Virus record (IMG/VR): IMGVR_UViG_3300005400_000003
Span: 1-29,715 of that record
Length of the DNA: 29,715 nt
Source: a virus
Lineage: Duplodnaviria > Caudoviricetes
Direction: 5' to 3' (one strand)
A model generated the notes under the pieces. It saw nothing but the letters and a program-made list of their open reading frames with translations. It searched no databases and was not told where the DNA came from. The position numbers and the translations under genes were made by a program. Positions 24,939 through 29,715 of the stretch are shown one piece after another; the first letter of the stretch is position 1, and each line of letters begins with the position of its first letter.

Positions 24939-27900
24939 AAACGTACAAAAAGATTTTAGTCTTGAGCAACAAAGGCAAGAGATCAATCTTCTTGCCGCTG
25001 ATGTAGAAAATTTAAATATTACTAACGAAACTGATCCCGTATTTACCGCATCTGCTTCTTTTGGAATAGATGTAACAGATATTGCTAATTGGAGTACTGC
25101 ATATGGTTGGGGTAACCATAGCGGTGCTGGATATGTTGTTACGGAAACCGATCCTGTTTTTTCCGCGTCTCCTGCTAATGATGTAACAACTTTAAAGATA
25201 ACAAATTGGGATATTGCACATGGTTGGGGTGATCATAGCACAGTAGGGTATTTAACATTATCAAGTATTTCAGTAGGTACTCCAAATACTCCTTCAGGTA
25301 ATGGGTCTGTTATTTACAATAATACAACAGGAGTATTTACATATACACCACCAAATGTATTAGGTTCAATTTCGGTAGGGACTCCAAATACTCCTTCTGC
25401 TAATGGTGCTGTTACCTATAACAACACAACAGGAGTATTTACATATACACCACCAGATCTCTCTGGATACTTAACTTCAGAAACTGATCCTGTCTATGCT
25501 GCTTCTGATGCTGCTAATGTCACCAATGCAAAGATTGCGAATTGGGATACTGCTTATGGTTGGGGTGATCATGGTGCTGCTGGGTATTCATCAGGAAATC
25601 ATAGTCACAGTTATTCAATAAACGATCTTATTGATGTAGATACTACTGGACTTGCTGCAGCAAGTATTTTAAGATATGATCTAGCAAATACTAAATGGCA
25701 AATTAGTGATGATGTTGATCGTGCTATAAATGAATTAACTGATGTTTCTGCTGGTAATCCTAGTACTGGGCAAATTTTAAAGTGGGATGGTACTCAATGG
25801 TCTTTAGCTGCTGATTTGCAAGGAGTAAGTGGGGGAGGTACTGATGAAATTCTCCCAGTAGCATTCGCAAATGTTAGTGGTGATAGTGCTGGTACTGGTA
25901 CTGGTATGACATGGGACGCTTATGATAATGATAACCAATCCGCCACTTATGGTGAGATGGATTTTACCTTTGGTACTGCTCTATCTGATGCAAACTATTA
26001 TGTACTATCAGAAAGAGAACAGTATGATACTCATAGTGTCAGGATAACTAATAAAACAACAACAGGATTTACTGCAACGTGGTTAGGTAATGATGGAACA
26101 ACTGCACTAGCACCTAGTTTGTTTGGTGGTGTTCTTATAGTATATGCTTCTACACCAACTAAACAGGTTGGTGGAAATGTCGGTATTTCTTTAACAGATC
26201 TTTCTGTTGGAGCTCCAAATGCTGCTTCTGGTAACGGCGCAATTTCATATGATAATACAGCAGGAGTCTTTAAATACACTCCCGCAGAAGTTGGTTCTTT
26301 GGATAGTTTGAGTGATGTTTCTGCATCTTCTCCATCAAATGGAGAAGTTCTTAAGTTTGATGATACTGCTAATGGTGGTTTAGGATCATGGATTGCTGCA
26401 CCAGATCTTACTGGTGGTGGATCTGGTGGTGGTCTTAGTTTAACTGATATTAGTGTCGTTAAACCCAATCCATCTGGTTCTGGTTCTGGTGACGTTACTT
26501 ATAATAATGGCACAGGACAATTTACATATACACCACCAGATCTTTCTGGATACTTAACTTCAGAAGCAATACCTGCTGATATTGTTGTTGATGGAGATTT
26601 TGCATTTAGTGGATTGTGTGCAACAAATGGTGGTGGTACATATAGTGTAGTTACTGATAATAGTGCTGATTGGAATACTGCCCATGGTTGGGGTGATCAT
26701 AGCACAGTAGGGTATTTAACATTATCAAGTATCTCTATTGGATCTAATAATACACCAAATGCTGGTGGTGGACTTGTATATAATAATCTGAATGGTGAAT
26801 TTACTTATACTCCTCCTGTTCTTTTCTCTGGAAGTTATGATGATCTCACTAACAAACCAACTATTCCTACCAACATAGAATCTTTAGTTGATGTTAATAT
26901 TACTTCTCCTGGCGAAGGAGAAATTCTTGCGTGGAATCCTTCTATTGGAAATTGGGAAAATAAATCTCTTGGTACGGTAAGTGATGCTGTTAATGGTGGA
27001 ATTACATTAACAGATCTTAATAATGTTTTGATTAGTACTCCACAGGATGGGCATGGTATTACGTGGAATAATACTACTAATAGATGGGAAAATTCATTAA
27101 TTATTGGTAGTGCAGGACTTGTTCCTGGTACTGGTGCTGTAGGACAAGAAGATTTTACGGAATCTGGAACACATAGTTGGACTTGTCCTGCTAACGTAAC
27201 ATCTGTATGTGTGGTTGCTATTGGTGCAGGTGGTGGTGGAGATAATGGACATGGTAATACATCAGGTGGAGGCGGTGGACTTGGGTATATAAACGATTAT
27301 ACTGTAGTTCCTGGTTCTACTTACAGTGTTGTTGTTGGTGCTGGTGGCACAGCTGGACAGCAGGACTATACAACCAAGCGTGGTGCTCCTGGTGAAGATT
27401 CATATTTTAATTCATTAACTACTGTAAAAGGTGCTGGTGGTTCTGGATTTGGACAAGTAACGGCAGCAGGTTTTATTGGCGATGGTGGCGGTGCTGGTGG
27501 TGCTTCAAGCATTGCATCAATGGGTAATAATAATGCTTTGGGATATGATTTTCCATGGGCGCAAGGGACAGGTCGCATTATAAGTGATGATACAGGCAAT
27601 ATTTACGGAATAACCAATCAGTTTTATTTCCGTCTGAATCTTGATGGATCTGTTGCATGGCAAAAATCAATGCCAAGCAAATATACACATAGTACTGGGG
27701 GAAGCAATAGGATTGCCATTTCTCCAAATGGAACGTATTTAGCAATCATGAGTGCGGGCGGTCCTCTTAGTGCTGGTGCGGCAACACCAGAAGAAGCTGT
27801 AGTATCTCATATCAATATTGCAACTGGAGACACATATAACCATTATGTTTCTTCTTATAGTTCCGGAACAGACAAAAGAGCATTTCCGAAAAATTTAATC

Positions 27901-29715
27901 GTATCAAATGATGGAATATGTAATGCATCTGGAGATATATGGATTGATGGTGGTACGTCACCATACTGGGCGAATGAGTTTTGGAGATCTGCGATAAATT
28001 TTGGTACAGAAAGTTTCCTTGTGAGTCATGGACATAATACAAGCGGCATGGGTGGGGAGTTCTGGTATAATATGCATGCAAATGATACGCATATTGCTTT
28101 GTGTGGTAGGGATAGTGCTAATAGTAATCCAGTACAGCACCAAACATATAACTGGACCAAATTGGAACGCGATACTTCTACTGTTGTATGGTCAAAGACT
28201 TGGCAATCAGGAAGTGGACCGACAGGCAGTCCATCAACTCAACCAAATGGTGTAATGGGAGATGGTGTATGTATTACTTCTGATGGAACTGTATATGGTG
28301 GTTATCGGCACGGGGGGACGAATATTGCCACCAATTTAAATGCTAGTGGAATTGCAGCTTTTAATTCTGCAAATGGTAATATTGATTGGTCTGTTATTAT
28401 TAAAGAAACTACATCTTCATTTAATGACAAATTCAACATTACAGAATTAACTACTGACAATACATACATATATTTCCTTGGAAAGGAGACCACTGATCAA
28501 ATTCCTGTGATTGGAGCACTTAAGATTTCTGATAAGAGCATTGCATGGGCAAGAACTTTAAAACATTCAGTAAATGTTTCTGGGTCAACAAATGAATGGG
28601 ATGTAGGTGTCGGGACGATCTCATATAATTCTACTAGAGATGAATTGGATATTTGTGGTTCGTATGACGATGATGTAAATAGCGCACAAGATAAAGTGTT
28701 TATTTTATCTTTACCTGCAGATGGAAGTGGGGTAGGAAATTATGGTAATTATATCTATGAATCAATTGCTGTTACTGCCACTACCAATTCTTTAACATGG
28801 TATTCAGGAACTCCACAACTTAGTAATTCATATTATACTTCAATAGAAGTAGGAGCTAGTGAGACAGATTCAACTCTTCTTGGAAGTACAGATGCACATG
28901 GTTTATTTACATCTCAAGGAGAGATATCATTTACAGAACCAGGAACATATGATTGGGAATGTCCTGCTAACGTAACATCTGTATGTGTGGTTGCTGTTGG
29001 TGGTGGCAGTGGAGGAGATAATGGGTGGGGTCTTCATTCTGGTGGAGGCGGTGGTCTTGGTTGGAAAAATAATATTACTGTAACTCCAGGAAATTCTTAT
29101 ACAGTTGTTGTTGGTGCGGGTGGTGTTGGTGCTAGTCAAGACTATTCATCTGGCGAGGGCACAGCAGGTGAAGATTCATATTTTAATTCATTAACTACTG
29201 TAAAGGGTGGTGGGGGGTCTGATTCTGGTGGTGATTATGTTGGTGATGGTGGTGGCAATGGTGGAAATGGAGTAACACCGATAGCAGTTGGTGGTGGCGG
29301 TGGTGGCGCAGGTGGATATTCAGGTAACGGCGGTGACGGTGGATATACTGGTGCTGGTAGTGCTGGTGCTGGTGGTGGCGGTGGCGGTGGTGCTAAAGGT
29401 GTCTATGGATCTACTGGTAGTGGTAGTGAAGAATATGCTGGTAAGGGTGGTGGTGTAGGAATAAACGGAGAAGGGGCGAGTGGTGCTGGTGGTCAAGATT
29501 CTACTAATAATAGAGATGGCCAATTTGGATCAGGTGGAGGACCACAGGGCGGTGTGGAATATGGAGGAGGAGGACCCATGGGTCCTCAAGTAGAGCTCGG
29601 TCAAATTTTTGGGAGAGGTGGTCATAACGGTGGTGCTGGTGCTGTAAGAATTATTTGGGGTGCTAATAGAAGTTTTCCTGCAACTTTAACAAGTAATCAA
29701 ACAATAAATTCTGGT
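24928..29715 (+). CDS. Tail fibre / adhesin, >=1596 aa, 3'-partial (absent from ORF track)
   Basis: I read frame 1 by hand from ATG 24928 (MVLRNVQKDFSLEQQRQEIN) to the window end and found no stop. It contains ETDPVF..W.TAYGWG.H repeats, YNNTTGVFTYTPP repeats, L.DL.DV..GQILKWDG..W repeats, a propeller-like region and Gly-rich adhesin domains. Confidence 0.9.
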   Translation, partial: MVLRNVQKDFSLEQQRQEINLLAADVENLNITNETDPVFTASASFGIDVTDIANWSTAYGWGNHSGAGYVVTETDPVFSASPANDVTTLKITNWDIAHGWGDHSTVGYLTLSSISVGTPNTPSGNGSVIYNNTTGVFTYTPPNVLGSISVGTPNTPSANGAVTYNNTTGVFTYTPPDLSGYLTSETDPVYAASDAANVTNAKIANWDTAYGWGDHGAAGYSSGNHSHSYSINDLIDVDTTGLAAASILRYDLANTKWQISDDVDRAINELTDVSAGNPSTGQILKWDGTQWSLAADLQGVSGGGTDEILPVAFANVSGDSAGTGTGMTWDAYDNDNQSATYGEMDFTFGTALSDANYYVLSEREQYDTHSVRITNKTTTGFTATWLGNDGTTALAPSLFGGVLIVYASTPTKQVGGNVGISLTDLSVGAPNAASGNGAISYDNTAGVFKYTPAEVGSLDSLSDVSASSPSNGEVLKFDDTANGGLGSWIAAPDLTGGGSGGGLSLTDISVVKPNPSGSGSGDVTYNNGTGQFTYTPPDLSGYLTSEAIPADIVVDGDFAFSGLCATNGGGTYSVVTDNSADWNTAHGWGDHSTVGYLTLSSISIGSNNTPNAGGGLVYNNLNGEFTYTPPVLFSGSYDDLTNKPTIPTNIESLVDVNITSPGEGEILAWNPSIGNWENKSLGTVSDAVNGGITLTDLNNVLISTPQDGHGITWNNTTNRWENSLIIGSAGLVPGTGAVGQEDFTESGTHSWTCPANVTSVCVVAIGAGGGGDNGHGNTSGGGGGLGYINDYTVVPGSTYSVVVGAGGTAGQQDYTTKRGAPGEDSYFNSLTTVKGAGGSGFGQVTAAGFIGDGGGAGGASSIASMGNNNALGYDFPWAQGTGRIISDDTGNIYGITNQFYFRLNLDGSVAWQKSMPSKYTHSTGGSNRIAISPNGTYLAIMSAGGPLSAGAATPEEAVVSHINIATGDTYNHYVSSYSSGTDKRAFPKNLIVSNDGICNASGDIWIDGGTSPYWANEFWRSAINFGTESFLVSHGHNTSGMGGEFWYNMHANDTHIALCGRDSANSNPVQHQTYNWTKLERDTSTVVWSKTWQSGSGPTGSPSTQPNGVMGDGVCITSDGTVYGGYRHGGTNIATNLNASGIAAFNSANGNIDWSVIIKETTSSFNDKFNITELTTDNTYIYFLGKETTDQIPVIGALKISDKSIAWARTLKHSVNVSGSTNEWDVGVGTISYNSTRDELDICGSYDDDVNSAQDKVFILSLPADGSGVGNYGNYIYESIAVTATTNSLTWYSGTPQLSNSYYTSIEVGASETDSTLLGSTDAHGLFTSQGEISFTEPGTYDWECPANVTSVCVVAVGGGSGGDNGWGLHSGGGGGLGWKNNITVTPGNSYTVVVGAGGVGASQDYSSGEGTAGEDSYFNSLTTVKGGGGSDSGGDYVGDGGGNGGNGVTPIAVGGGGGGAGGYSGNGGDGGYTGAGSAGAGGGGGGGAKGVYGSTGSGSEEYAGKGGGVGINGEGASGAGGQDSTNNRDGQFGSGGGPQGGVEYGGGGPMGPQVELGQIFGRGGHNGGAGAVRIIWGANRSFPATLTSNQTINSG
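25219..26732 (+). repeat. Dispersed near-identical direct repeats in the fibre shaft
   Basis: 50 nt identical at 25219-25268 and 26683-26732. 45 nt with 1 mismatch at 25438-25482 and 26521-26565. 30 nt identical at 25324-25353 and 25426-25455, part of a 102-bp tandem unit. Confidence 0.9.
27184..29204 (+). repeat. Duplicated Gly-rich adhesin module with identical DNA blocks
   Basis: 36 nt identical at 27184-27219 and 28960-28995, and 38 nt identical at 27391-27428 and 29167-29204. Both pairs are offset by 1776 bp. Confidence 0.9.

Noticed and set aside
25219-29204. Fibre repeats as a CRISPR array or DGR TR/VR pair
   Set aside because: They are in-frame coding repeats without regular spacers, the differences are not adenine-specific, and the window has no reverse transcriptase or cas gene.
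3348-29523. Remaining short ORFs nested in gp25, gp6, gp7, gp8, vrlC and the fibre (e.g. 21090-21518 -, 26031-26468 -)
   Set aside because: They are shadows of codon bias in long real genes.
1-29715. tRNA genes or stop-codon recoding
   Set aside because: No cloverleaf was seen in the few intergenic gaps, and TAA, TAG and TGA all end genes normally.

Overview
This window comes from a T4-like cyanomyovirus (Kyanoviridae-type Synechococcus/Prochlorococcus phage), and all credible genes are on the + strand. Positions 1-1160 are the end of a GC-richer early region. It has small genes, each behind a repeated AA(C/G)TGnn(C/T)AC + sigma70 -10 promoter cassette, including a DUF3574/SAM-lyase-like gene. 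A non-coding compositional boundary (~1160-1397) is followed by the AT-rich late virion module, which has T4-type TATAAATA/TAAATA promoters. The late module encodes small hypothetical proteins, a PAAR-like protein, baseplate gp25, gp6, a 3131-aa gp7, gp8, a 2705-aa VrlC/DUF4815-type structural protein, and a >=1596-aa tail fibre/adhesin that runs off the window and is missing from the ORF track. Main observations: (1) two nested phycobiliprotein-like helical domains inside gp7 that retain the bilin-attachment KCxRD motif and a beta-155-like Cys; (2) a fibre tip in which a beta-propeller cassette lies between two Gly-rich adhesin copies sharing nucleotide-identical blocks exactly 1776 bp apart; (3) a probable SAM-lyase-fold early protein. 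All family assignments come from motif recognition and synteny, with no database search.
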